IMG/VR virus record: IMGVR_UViG_3300033182_000185
DNA length: 56,633 bases
Strand: one strand, 5' to 3'
From: a virus
In this document: positions 20,701 through 27,779 of the stretch, one piece after another
How positions within the stretch are numbered: position 1 is the stretch's first letter
Layout of the letters: every line of letters begins with the position of its first letter
The notes under the pieces: generated by a model
Told to the model about the DNA's origin: nothing
Database searches by the model: none
The model's input: only the letters and a program-made list of their open reading frames with translations
Translations under genes and position numbers: made by a program

Positions 20701-23009
20701 ACAACGAACTTGAAACTCAGCGTATGCTTGCAAAGGGTGAGATTGGTAAGTGGCATAACTACGGCAGGGTAGTATTCGATGTGCTGTATCAAGCCAACGC
20801 CAAAGAGAAGAAGGCTATCCTCAAATACTTTGAGACAAGAGGTGCATCACCTGATGACTTACCTACCAGGAAGGTCCCTGTTGCTAAGTTACCTACTGTT
20901 GCTAGAGGTACTAGAGCAAAAGGAAGGATGGCTGAGAACAGGTCAATAAGGGATGTTGCTGTCCAAGCAAAGAAAGAGATTGAACAGTTAGGTGCTAACT
21001 TAGTTAGGGCTGGTCTTATTACTGAAGAACAGTATAAGAAATGGCAGGGTCAGTATCTTCCTAAAACCTATCTTAAGTATATTGAGAAGGATAGAATTGC
21101 CAGAGGTATTGGTACTAGTAGGATGACCTACACTAAGGTTAGGTCTGCTCATGAGAACTTCCTTAAGGATGTGATGGAAGGAAGGATTGAAGACCCTGCG
21201 TTCCTGGCTGGCAGATACATTTCTATGGCAGGCGCTGACCTGGCTACCATCAACTATCTCCAATTCCTTGCTGCTGATACAGGTAAGAATGGGTGGGTTC
21301 TTCCTAACCAGATTATCACCTATGAAGGTATGACTGGTACTGCTGGATACTGGAATGAATACGTTAATGAAATGCGTAATAACATTTCCAGAATGAGAGA
21401 GCTTAATCCTGATAAAGCAAAGGAGATGGAAAGGATTGCTGACCAGATTCAGAAGAAGCTTGATAACGTAGGCGATATGCCAAGCGCAGAGGGATACAAG
21501 AAGGTCCCAGATAATGTGCGGTATGGCGCTATGCGCGGGCTATATGTTAAGAAGGAAATCATTAACGATGTTATGGGTTTAGAATCTCTCTACACTAACA
21601 ATGAGTTCCTTAATAAAGCTCTATCATTCTCTGGTAAGGCTACCAAAGTATTTAAATACACCAAGGTGCCTATGAATATTCCAACCCAAGCGCGTAACAT
21701 CATATCTAACGTTGTGTTGATGGACGTGTCTGGAACAAACTTCCTTAGAATTCCAGGACTTATTAGCAGAGCTATTACAGATATCGTTCAAGATGGTAAG
21801 TATGCTCAATTGGCTAGGAAGTATGGCATTGAAAGCACCACGTTTGCGGCAGAAGAATTAGTGAACATGGATAGGGAGTTGCTTAAGTTAAAAGCAGAAA
21901 AGGATAGTTGGAGTGGTATGTGGGCGAAGAGCAAGATATTCTTTAATGATTATCTTGATGTAGGTGGAAGGGCTTACCAGAAAACAGAGGTAATGTTTAA
22001 GGTTGCCAAGATGATTGACCTCATGGAGAACCACGGAAAGAGTGAGGCTGAAGCTGCCAGGCTTGCTAACGAAGCGTTGCTTGACTACAGTAACGTATCA
22101 CAAGGTGTAAGGGTTATTCGTTCCATGCCTTTAGGCTCTCCGTTTATTACGTTCAACCTTAAGGCTGGCGCTCAGATGATTCGTAATATTAGGAATCATC
22201 CTATTGCTGTTGCTAAGTATGCAGCTATACCTTATATTATTTCTGAGATGTTGCTTGATAACAATGATGACATTGAAGAAGAAGATATTCCAGCAATGCA
22301 GAAACTTGTTGCTGACTATATGGAAGGTAATCTTACCACTATGATTCTTCCTTGGAAGGATGACGAGGGTAGGCTTAGAGTTTTTGATATGGGATACTTC
22401 TTGCCTTGGGGCGCTCACTTGAGCATGGCAAAGAATCTTATGGAGGGTGAGTTTGGTGAGGCAGCTAAGACTCCAGGCTTCTTTGGAGGACCTTTTGAAC
22501 TTGTTGCTGGTATTAAAACTAATGTCGATCCATTTACAGGTCAAGAGATTTGGAATGAATCTGATCCTCCATTACAACAGTACCAGGATATGCTAGGGTT
22601 TATGGCAAGCTATGCCATGCCTCCTATGTTATGGCCTAGGAATAAATCTGGTGATGTTATTAGTAATGGCGGTCAGTTAATCAAAACCTTGATGGCTGTT
22701 GGAGCCATTGATGGTAATATAGATCAGGATGGATTGCCTAAAAATACTATTGGAAGTTCTTTCCTTAGCTGGCTTGGTATTAATACAACTCCTCTAACGA
22801 AAGAAACAGCAGCAAGAAAGATTTATTTTAAAGGCAAGGATATTAAAAGAATACAGAATAGACTGTTAAAATTAATTGACGATCCTAATATAAGTGAAGA
22901 AGATAGGAATAGACTTATTGATGAGTATAGGATGCACCAGCAAAATGCTCTGGATAAATATCGTGAATACTCAGAAGCATTCAGTAAAGTGAGAGATGTC
23001 CTCGACTAG
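14784..23009 (+). CDS. Giant multi-domain virion protein (2,741 aa), putative ejected 'polyvalent' internal protein
   Basis: A single uninterrupted 8.2-kb ORF. It contains N-terminal hydrophobic/Gly-rich segments, long charged coiled coils, a 34-aa tandem repeat and PT-rich linkers. An HExxH motif 'LIMHEVGVHAGKN' lies at nt 19497-19514. It occupies the last slot of the internal-protein block. Confidence 0.85.
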   Translation: MASTPEAGDIIANAATDFGGGPLRWTRTGANAASANAVDDYGRWEASLDSFQRLLWSAASATSDFLGAETVSDLTYQYAQENLEELSKYQRESMARGEVELGENFSKWLADTLIIDALPTIITMAGSAASAVLTQGATLPALFAIGSSSVLNLGEIYGESRAEVGKENILPSVVLAATGVNAALDLITPYKVVSKFFPRGVRGFKEKALQELGRNGGWNKLSRLLKEGAKGFNTEAYAEMLQDYNNKVTANIQAGKENPFEIDNDDFKDLLDAYLAGGVLGGAARGGTAFVGTGQAREIIAARDSAEERIGSDLDATVSPLEKELSDIEAKLKKVWPSSKERVTLNAEKRKLQEQIDQAKKDASDKRRKVRTSYTIDDINKIVPIKEEAEAEAEEKAVSSEQERIDSLSPAEKLKEYNQKRDEILTAKLSKEETQSRLDSLGEAYGLPIIQEQPRVDVPSGPTQADVMPDVMPGTPVAPRPGTATAEAAARADQGLAQEGFDPSAALGTPVAPRPGTPTAEAAARADRGLQEEEFQDSLEVGPQGRPRRSFAAIREAIKARDKGPQVMNRPVISTIIGDSENVLVDGDVLITAADIEEAKFAKASRELEDIAMEAESNAFEQAEADGMDYLEAVAAAEAARNSVLQEGGARRIRMYSSRAARLQAQREAAKQRQDREARLNFEAQRRIDEQKKFEKEQAADLKEQAIEMAGETYDAFFYGQISAQEFASRRQREIARIKVGGTAAANAYRKAVPLEKANAILKERGLPTLKPEKDQTTQKDVAPDETIPTPTPEAAPTTTQADATPPVPDIPTETAPVAAEDKEASPATKPVASVIETAHSTETLNDLKGIAKEGLAIGSSTESADKMVYADGTFRIIFDGPVSGEETTRAFAPKDIIIKTSEVIEPKKIKRVEVDVDNLPSPATDDFIDYAEKYLKDKEPGIDLSNATPSEWAKLYNKYPELETELDKFNESQATGEQEINSENYKAVLSDIFGKDVEIVARDDSKADETTAETGKVTTPPDIAVTDVDEDQTQDQQIADMIAREQATVAREAADEQAEAEFQAGTDDTGPTVEDVEVEPGVSTDIETAPTGVDVTGEAVDIPTAPTPAEVVIEEPVTAEPEVLEYAETTINPEGVPIRIYEDPDKPGLNIVESEGVVLKRSKDRAKAVTYANTKVTPETVLRKTPKVKAAPKARPEGKTYTGPKPKGASESLVKWLGSDAPFRATIGKQRASQARKVGIDPDQYTTEEELYDAIVAQAEAQPVEAPEVAPVAEEVQRVAEEIVPETLLERLSREATERRVIENAIMVEKDFTPQEIAEMEQLEAREVESGLMEDVDAEIEAEIAEEEARSEAARATRKLKIESEKVSFETVDNMEVADFLQLARTPRKPGWSKQQLVQIANNIQANDPTVSFDTKKNRADLAQELIAWKESGVTIDDSILEPEYQDDITSDGDFYSAPSDDADVTYGFDNKKSALKDIKVSEEEISNVERSINNNLELMFSKRKAEILKRLKFINMISSSEANSLGIEGDSIASYASGDVKVYFVTERIAKYAKAQNKDADKLTRSLIMHEVGVHAGKNIFSGQEFDLVLDQVVKLYDQKDPTFVNAFNVVSKAYPDLKLFERKFNEEVLAHVIESKAYEMETINKSFFDKLKTAFQKFFEKLFYTVDRYKARADNLTPDVTAEDMFNLIAGHSMRNIYSYALKRHGDSKNFSNVRTRNRDRFIQNSVVKTPMFHAGYYNFSAPVLDKTELGLHVGTEAAALDRVKGDRERLKKGYINIQKPFEFRDAGYFGSPQAFQRELANIGRFASDEKEVREYQKLFSIASKWRIAISKIKSPAEGASPEEIVNYTNEKDKAQRGFMKDIRNALISFGYDSIAYTNKQEDRGSTSYILIKDNQFKDVDSLMFRSGTNVFMDKKVVEQEPDQAVATTKKVEDVAGPQVTYTRKAQGKMFQALKKVQRAIEPLMTIEGYNELETQRMLAKGEIGKWHNYGRVVFDVLYQANAKEKKAILKYFETRGASPDDLPTRKVPVAKLPTVARGTRAKGRMAENRSIRDVAVQAKKEIEQLGANLVRAGLITEEQYKKWQGQYLPKTYLKYIEKDRIARGIGTSRMTYTKVRSAHENFLKDVMEGRIEDPAFLAGRYISMAGADLATINYLQFLAADTGKNGWVLPNQIITYEGMTGTAGYWNEYVNEMRNNISRMRELNPDKAKEMERIADQIQKKLDNVGDMPSAEGYKKVPDNVRYGAMRGLYVKKEIINDVMGLESLYTNNEFLNKALSFSGKATKVFKYTKVPMNIPTQARNIISNVVLMDVSGTNFLRIPGLISRAITDIVQDGKYAQLARKYGIESTTFAAEELVNMDRELLKLKAEKDSWSGMWAKSKIFFNDYLDVGGRAYQKTEVMFKVAKMIDLMENHGKSEAEAARLANEALLDYSNVSQGVRVIRSMPLGSPFITFNLKAGAQMIRNIRNHPIAVAKYAAIPYIISEMLLDNNDDIEEEDIPAMQKLVADYMEGNLTTMILPWKDDEGRLRVFDMGYFLPWGAHLSMAKNLMEGEFGEAAKTPGFFGGPFELVAGIKTNVDPFTGQEIWNESDPPLQQYQDMLGFMASYAMPPMLWPRNKSGDVISNGGQLIKTLMAVGAIDGNIDQDGLPKNTIGSSFLSWLGINTTPLTKETAARKIYFKGKDIKRIQNRLLKLIDDPNISEEDRNRLIDEYRMHQQNALDKYREYSEAFSKVRDVLD
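16203..16385 (+). repeat. Intragenic tandem repeat (period 102 nt = 34 aa) inside the giant gene
   Basis: GTPVAPRPGTATAEAAARADQGLAQE... is followed by GTPVAPRPGTPTAEAAARADRGLQEE.... The two copies differ mostly at synonymous positions (gca ccg aga versus gct cca agg). Confidence 0.85.
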
Positions 23010-23283
23010 CCCTTATGTTGAAGTTGAATGGGTAGATATTATATCTACATCTGGGTGGGAAAAATCTGAAGATACCAAGATGCCAACGTTTTGGTCTTAT
23101 GGGTACTTGGTTAATCATGATGATGAAGAGGTTCGTATAGCTACTACGAAAGATGAGGATGGGGAATGGTATGGGTTTACTGTAATGCCCTCTGGTTGTG
23201 TAAAAAAAATAACCCCCCTGGGTAAGGGGGGCTATATAAGTCAAACAAACAACATAATTAGACAGGCAGAGAAAAACACATAA
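22996..23283 (+). CDS. Hypothetical protein, last gene of the late arm
   Basis: ORF track, 95 aa. It overlaps the end of the giant gene by 14 nt. Confidence 0.5.
   Translation: MSSTSPYVEVEWVDIISTSGWEKSEDTKMPTFWSYGYLVNHDDEEVRIATTKDEDGEWYGFTVMPSGCVKKITPLGKGGYISQTNNIIRQAEKNT
23202..23231 (-). terminator. Putative intrinsic terminator of the minus-strand (early) arm
   Basis: On the minus strand the stem CCCCCC-TTACCCA-GGGGGG (23213-23231) is followed by TTATTTTTTTT. It lies about 78 nt downstream of the last minus-strand gene and inside the 3' end of the plus-strand ORF 22996-23283. Confidence 0.5.
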
Positions 23284-23308
23284 CTAGCGTACCAACAAAT
23301 AAGGTAAG

Positions 23309-23461
23309 TTAAGTCGCCCATCTTGCATTCCACTTTTTAATGGCGGATTCTTTTTGAGATTCTACCTTGGGATGAAAGCTAAAGAATATAGAACACTTTG
23401 CGCATCCTAGCAAGAACTTGCCTATTGATGGCTTTGCACCACAAAAAGGACAAGGCTTCAT
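23309..23461 (-). CDS. Lar-family restriction-alleviation-like zinc mini-protein (50 aa)
   Basis: Hand translation: MKPCPFCGAKPSIGKFLLGCAKCSIFFSFHPKVESQKESAIKKWNARWAT*. It shows CPFCG ... CxxC ... A-x3-WN-x-R, as in Lar-type proteins. It has an ATGA overlap with the upstream gene and is below the track cut-off. Confidence 0.55.
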   Translation of the reverse strand: MKPCPFCGAKPSIGKFLLGCAKCSIFFSFHPKVESQKESAIKKWNARWAT

Positions 23462-24252
23462 GTGTAATCCCTCAGTAGTTTGCGCTGAGTTACAGCGTGT
23501 ATGTCATCGTAATATCCCTCCCCATCTAGTCCATTTAAAGTAACAACTCCCCTCCACCAATTGTATTCAGTATCCCTACACCAACTCTCTGAGTAGTGTG
23601 GATGTGAGAAGCATCCTGCGCTTAGCCCGAATATCTTTTGACCGTCTGGTCGTGTTTGTTCTGCGTGATTATACAAGTGAGAATGTCCTTGCACCGCTGA
23701 GCAGTGCAGTTTAGAAACCAGTTGATGACCGATGTGTGCTGAACTAATAGGTCTTCCTGCTACACCAGATGTAAAGTAATGAGAGAAGTTTATTCCCTCC
23801 AGGGACAGACATCCCTTAAACGGAGTGATCTTCCATCCATGTTTCTCATACTGTAAATCTGTCATTGAGATAGCACCATCCATTTCCGGGGCTGAGTTAA
23901 TAGCCCTGTCAATTCTATCCTCATGATTACCTAAACACATATGCATCTTAGGTTTGTATTGCTTCTCCTTATTCTTCCTCTTTCTTTCGTTGAACTTTTT
24001 AATAGGAGCAAACAGTTTTTCCTGGGCATCAAGGACTGAGTTCACATCATTCTTGTATCTCCTTCCCTCAAAGCCCTTGGTTCCCTTATCATATGATGAG
24101 AGACTAGGCATATCAGCGAAGTCTCCCAGACATACGATAATATCAGGCTGCTCCTTAACTATGAAGTTACCCAGAGCAGTGAACCTTTCATTGCCATACT
24201 CAGGTGCAGCATGACAATCAGGTATTACTAATAGATTTTTCTTTCCCTTCAT
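23458..24252 (-). CDS. Calcineurin-like metallophosphoesterase (NinI-type Ser/Thr phosphatase-like)
   Basis: 264 aa with the motifs 'VIPDCHA', 'CLGDFADM', 'LGNHEDR' and 'GHSH'. Confidence 0.85.
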   Translation of the reverse strand: MKGKKNLLVIPDCHAAPEYGNERFTALGNFIVKEQPDIIVCLGDFADMPSLSSYDKGTKGFEGRRYKNDVNSVLDAQEKLFAPIKKFNERKRKNKEKQYKPKMHMCLGNHEDRIDRAINSAPEMDGAISMTDLQYEKHGWKITPFKGCLSLEGINFSHYFTSGVAGRPISSAHIGHQLVSKLHCSAVQGHSHLYNHAEQTRPDGQKIFGLSAGCFSHPHYSESWCRDTEYNWWRGVVTLNGLDGEGYYDDIHAVTQRKLLRDYT

Positions 24253-24263
24253 TTTATCTCCCT

Positions 24264-24305
24264 AAAAATGACCGTCTAGTACCCCCCTACTATAATGTCA
24301 TTTTT
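24264..24305 (-). terminator. Conserved palindromic element with a C6/G6 loop flanked by A5/T5 runs (copy 1; partner at 39732-39774); candidate bidirectional terminator or processing site
   Basis: aaaaatgaccgtctagta-cccccc-tactataatgtcattttt. The minus-strand arm AAAAATGACATTATAGTA is identical to the plus-strand arm of the second copy. It lies between two minus-strand genes. Confidence 0.5.
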
Positions 24306-24619
24306 CAGTGTTTTTTTCCCTTTGTTTTCAATGACTTACGAGTGCGTTTTTTCGGTTTGTCCGTTTGATTTAGACCGTATACTGACCCCCCATTTCGGAT
24401 GATCTTCGCTTCCTTTCTGAGTATCTTCCTCCTATCTAACTCATCCCTGTACAGTAACTCATCCTGCATGGCATGCCATACTGGAGAGGACAGGCTCATA
24501 TTCTCATGAGCGGTTTCGACTATTTGATTCCAGGTGAATTCATTCCTGGCTACCTTAGACCAGTGAGCGTAGGATTCTTTATACTCCGGTAAAGAGAAGT
24601 CATCTTTGTAGAATGTCAT
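24305..24619 (-). CDS. Hypothetical protein (104 aa)
   Basis: Track ORF 24305-24646 trimmed to the ATG preceded by GAAGGAGGAATAATG (MTFYKDDFSLPEYKE...). The C-terminus is basic. Confidence 0.6.
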   Translation of the reverse strand: MTFYKDDFSLPEYKESYAHWSKVARNEFTWNQIVETAHENMSLSSPVWHAMQDELLYRDELDRRKILRKEAKIIRNGGSVYGLNQTDKPKKRTRKSLKTKGKKH

Positions 24620-24633
24620 TATTCCTCCTTCGT

Positions 24634-25080
24634 TTATATTCCACATATCTCCTTTAGGTCTTGCATTGAATTTAATTTATTTTTATTTATGTAATGGTTT
24701 ATAACGCCATATCCAAAATCTTTTTTTGGAGATTTTTTTAAGACGTGCCCATATTCCCAACCTATTAAAATAGATTCCTCTTTGCTATCTATATATTGAG
24801 CAAGAACATATATATCTGCAAATGGTTTGTTCTCTTCATGTATCAGATTATATGCTTTTCTGGCAGTTTTTACATCTATAGTTTTGCCATTTGGAGTTGT
24901 AAAATCTATTCCTTTATCTCCACTTGGCCTTTCTTCCCAATCTACTTCTAGTCCCGAAAACTCTGCGAAAGCAACCTCACCAGAAAGACCAACTAATTCG
25001 TAGTCTTTAGATAGAGGTCTTGAGCTAGCATGGGACTTGTGAATATCATGTCTTCTTTGTGCAATTTCTCTAAGGTTCAT
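24634..25080 (-). CDS. Hypothetical protein, possible PD-(D/E)XK-fold nuclease
   Basis: 148 aa starting at the ATG that overlaps the RNR stop (ATGA). It contains 'GDKGIDFT...TIDVKTARK', a D...(D/E)xK-like arrangement. Confidence 0.35.
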   Translation of the reverse strand: MNLREIAQRRHDIHKSHASSRPLSKDYELVGLSGEVAFAEFSGLEVDWEERPSGDKGIDFTTPNGKTIDVKTARKAYNLIHEENKPFADIYVLAQYIDSKEESILIGWEYGHVLKKSPKKDFGYGVINHYINKNKLNSMQDLKEICGI

Positions 25081-26714
25081 ATCCCGCACACCCCGCTAAG
25101 GCACTGTGCCTCCGAATTGTCTTCATAGATCACACCACGCTTAGCGTTAGCTTCTTCGTAAGGTACTGAGGTAATAGGCTGTCCACCTCTTGCTCCATCA
25201 GGATATACTGTTAGACCACGTAATCCGCTAGCATACTTGGCAATGGTGGAGGCATATTTATCAACAGTATGCTCCCCATTTAGTTCGCTTCCCCATGCTG
25301 GCAGGTTAATGGTGCTGCTAATAGCATGGTCTACGTACTTCTGTAGTTCGTATTGGAATTTAATCCTGCGCTCTGGATCAGATGCCAGGTCAACAGCAGA
25401 CTCAATCTTATCTGGATCAATACCTCCGTCTATTAATGCTTGGGCCGTACCGTCAACGACAAATTGATGCTTCCATCTTGTTCCATCTGTAAGGTAGCGT
25501 CTGCGGTATGCCACGGCGTAGATTGGCTCCACGCCAGAGGTCGTTCCGGCGAGGATGCTAATAGTCCCTGTCGGAGCGATTGCTCTGTAGCCTTTAGGAC
25601 GTTTGAGAAAAAGTCTGTCGCAATGCTGGTCAGCGGATCGTTTGCTCTCTCGTTCATATACTTTCATCCATTGTTTAAGCTCATCAGTCATTTCATACCG
25701 AGAGTCACGTTTAAGTAACCACTCATGCATGCCCATAAGACCAAGGCCAATACGGCTATTTTCCCTTCTGACCTTGGCTATTTTTTCGTATGGTACTTGC
25801 GCTCTAATAAGGCCGCATACCAAGAACTTGCTCGCGAGTGTAACCACGTCAGAAAATTCATCAATCGTTTCAATGTTAGCCAGATTGACAGAGCCAAGAT
25901 TGCATACGTCACTGTCATCCTCGCTCGTAATTTCTGTGCAAGCATTTCTAAGCGTTTCATTTTGTTTGTCTCCAAAGTTAAATGAGAACCCAGGTTCTCC
26001 AGTCATCATAGCCTGCTTAACATTCTCAATAAACACAGGATTCATCTGATCTTTTAACCATGCATCATCATAGTTAAGAGAGATGTTCATCATATCCAAT
26101 GGAGCAGGGAAGTTAAAATCTGCCTTCTTCAAGTCAGCCAGTGTAGTATCACCGACAGTTATATCATGCCAGTTCTTTACTTTGAGTAACTGGGTTGCAT
26201 CCTCATGCTGCCAGTTCATGCTACCGTATAGCGCAGAACGACGGCTCCCGCCTTGCATGACATTACGACCAACCTCATTGAGAGTATACAACAGTGGAAT
26301 AGGGCCTGATGCAACTCCACCAGTTCTCTTGAGACGGCGACCAGATGGCCTTGCTCTGGAGATATCAACCCCAATACCACCGCCTGTCATAAGGCAGGAC
26401 ATTGCTCTCTGTGTAACACCAGCCCACTCTTCTCTGGTGTCCTCTTCCAACCTCAGAAGGTAGCAGTTGTTATAGAACCTTGCATCCCTTCCTGCGTACC
26501 AGAGATAGCGACCACCAGGAATAAACTTAAACTCAGCAATGTACTGAGCAAGCTGATCCCTGTCAGTCTTTTCCATTAGGTTGTTCTTGGTTCCGTTAAA
26601 GTCACCGCATACACTGTTGACTACGGCATGAGCCTTATCACTCCATGTCTCGTATTCAGTTGATGCATATTTATTTTTAAATATATCTTCACCAAGTTGT
26701 GTTTTAAATTTCAT
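25077..26714 (-). CDS. Ribonucleotide reductase large chain, probably class II (no beta subunit or activase in the genome)
   Basis: 545 aa with 'NACTEI', 'VCNLGSVNL', 'TISILAGTTSGVEP' and a C-terminal Cys pair '...CLSGVCGI'. The class assignment is an inference from the absence of NrdB- or NrdG-like genes. Confidence 0.85.
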   Translation of the reverse strand: MKFKTQLGEDIFKNKYASTEYETWSDKAHAVVNSVCGDFNGTKNNLMEKTDRDQLAQYIAEFKFIPGGRYLWYAGRDARFYNNCYLLRLEEDTREEWAGVTQRAMSCLMTGGGIGVDISRARPSGRRLKRTGGVASGPIPLLYTLNEVGRNVMQGGSRRSALYGSMNWQHEDATQLLKVKNWHDITVGDTTLADLKKADFNFPAPLDMMNISLNYDDAWLKDQMNPVFIENVKQAMMTGEPGFSFNFGDKQNETLRNACTEITSEDDSDVCNLGSVNLANIETIDEFSDVVTLASKFLVCGLIRAQVPYEKIAKVRRENSRIGLGLMGMHEWLLKRDSRYEMTDELKQWMKVYERESKRSADQHCDRLFLKRPKGYRAIAPTGTISILAGTTSGVEPIYAVAYRRRYLTDGTRWKHQFVVDGTAQALIDGGIDPDKIESAVDLASDPERRIKFQYELQKYVDHAISSTINLPAWGSELNGEHTVDKYASTIAKYASGLRGLTVYPDGARGGQPITSVPYEEANAKRGVIYEDNSEAQCLSGVCGI

Positions 26715-27168
26715 TTATCTTTTCCACTTTAATATCATTAATACCTGTACTACCAAAACCTCCTTCACCTCTTGTGTAATTTACAGCGGCTCCTTCGCTA
26801 ATAACTGGTGACAAGTAATAAGCGAATACCATCTGAGCAATCCTATCTCCTCTCTCAATATCAAATGGAGTAGGTCCTGAGTTAAACAACAATATCTTTA
26901 CCTCTCCCCTATAGTCAGGGTCAATAGTTCCAGGAGAGTTTAAAACAAATACACCATGTTTGTTTGCCAGTCCACTACGGGTTCTTATCTGAGCCTCAAT
27001 ACCTACTGGAAGATGCAACTTAAGTCCTGTACGGATAAGTTTCTTATCCAGTGGTCTAATACATTGGTCCTCTGCTGAGTAAATATCATACCCAACAGAG
27101 AACTCGGTTGCTCTTTCCGGCGCGGAGTAAGCAATTTCCATCAAGTCAACTTCTATTTTGTCGCTCAT
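26704..27168 (-). CDS. dut: dUTP diphosphatase (trimeric dUTPase)
   Basis: 154 aa with 'GYDIYSA', 'RSGLANKHGVFVLNSPGTIDPDYRGE', 'GDRIAQMV' and 'RGEGGFGSTG'. Confidence 0.9.
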   Translation of the reverse strand: MSDKIEVDLMEIAYSAPERATEFSVGYDIYSAEDQCIRPLDKKLIRTGLKLHLPVGIEAQIRTRSGLANKHGVFVLNSPGTIDPDYRGEVKILLFNSGPTPFDIERGDRIAQMVFAYYLSPVISEGAAVNYTRGEGGFGSTGINDIKVEKINEI

Positions 27169-27361
27169 TTATATACTTTTCCTTTAGGTTATTTTCCTTG
27201 GCGTATTCCATATACTCTTGCAAAGTACATCCTGCATGGTGTCTAAAACATTCTGCCCAAGAACTAAACTTAACAGATTTTTCTTTTGGATTAGCATAGA
27301 TATGCCTTGCAAGGAAATATATTATTTCATCTTTCGGCTCTCCCTTAGAACGGTATGTCAT
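27146..27361 (-). CDS. Hypothetical protein
   Basis: ORF track, 71 aa, with coupled overlaps on both sides. Confidence 0.55.
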   Translation of the reverse strand: MTYRSKGEPKDEIIYFLARHIYANPKEKSVKFSSWAECFRHHAGCTLQEYMEYAKENNLKEKYINERQNRS

Positions 27362-27779
27362 CGGCAGCTACCTGGTCGCTAATAGATGCCATCTCTGCTT
27401 TAGCAGATGCTGGAACCTCTCGCTTACCTTCCGGTGCTGATCCCTCTACCTCCTTATATGCATCAGGACTGTTAATCATCTGTAACTGATAACCCTTAAT
27501 GTCAGTCGTATATTTTTCTACACCACTCTTATCAGTATACTTACGATAATCAATTGATCCTTCAACGTACAGGTTTGTACCCTTGGTTACGTAGTTCTCT
27601 ACTACCTCGGCTTGCTTGCCAAAGAATACTACGTTATGCCAGTCAGCCTTCTTGTACTCTCCGTACCCTGATTCAGTTACCATAGAAACCTGAGCAATTT
27701 TGCTATCGTTCTTAGTGGTACGAATGACTGGGTCTTTCCAGACATTGCCAAGGATGATTGCTTTGTTAATTCCCTTCAT
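27345..27779 (-). CDS. ssb: Single-stranded DNA-binding protein (bacterial OB-fold type)
   Basis: 144 aa with 'NKAIILGNVWKDPVIRTT...WHNVVFFGKQAEVVENYVTKG..LYVEG' and the acidic C-terminal tail '...DDIPF'. Confidence 0.9.
   Translation of the reverse strand: MKGINKAIILGNVWKDPVIRTTKNDSKIAQVSMVTESGYGEYKKADWHNVVFFGKQAEVVENYVTKGTNLYVEGSIDYRKYTDKSGVEKYTTDIKGYQLQMINSPDAYKEVEGSAPEGKREVPASAKAEMASISDQVAADDIPF

Noticed and set aside
14784-23009. Giant ORF as an N4- or crAss-type virion RNA polymerase
   Set aside because: I could not find the RNAP motif set (a catalytic Asp pair or an R...K...YG-type motif B) by eye. The only clear catalytic signature is HExxH. This is kept as an open question for profile searches.
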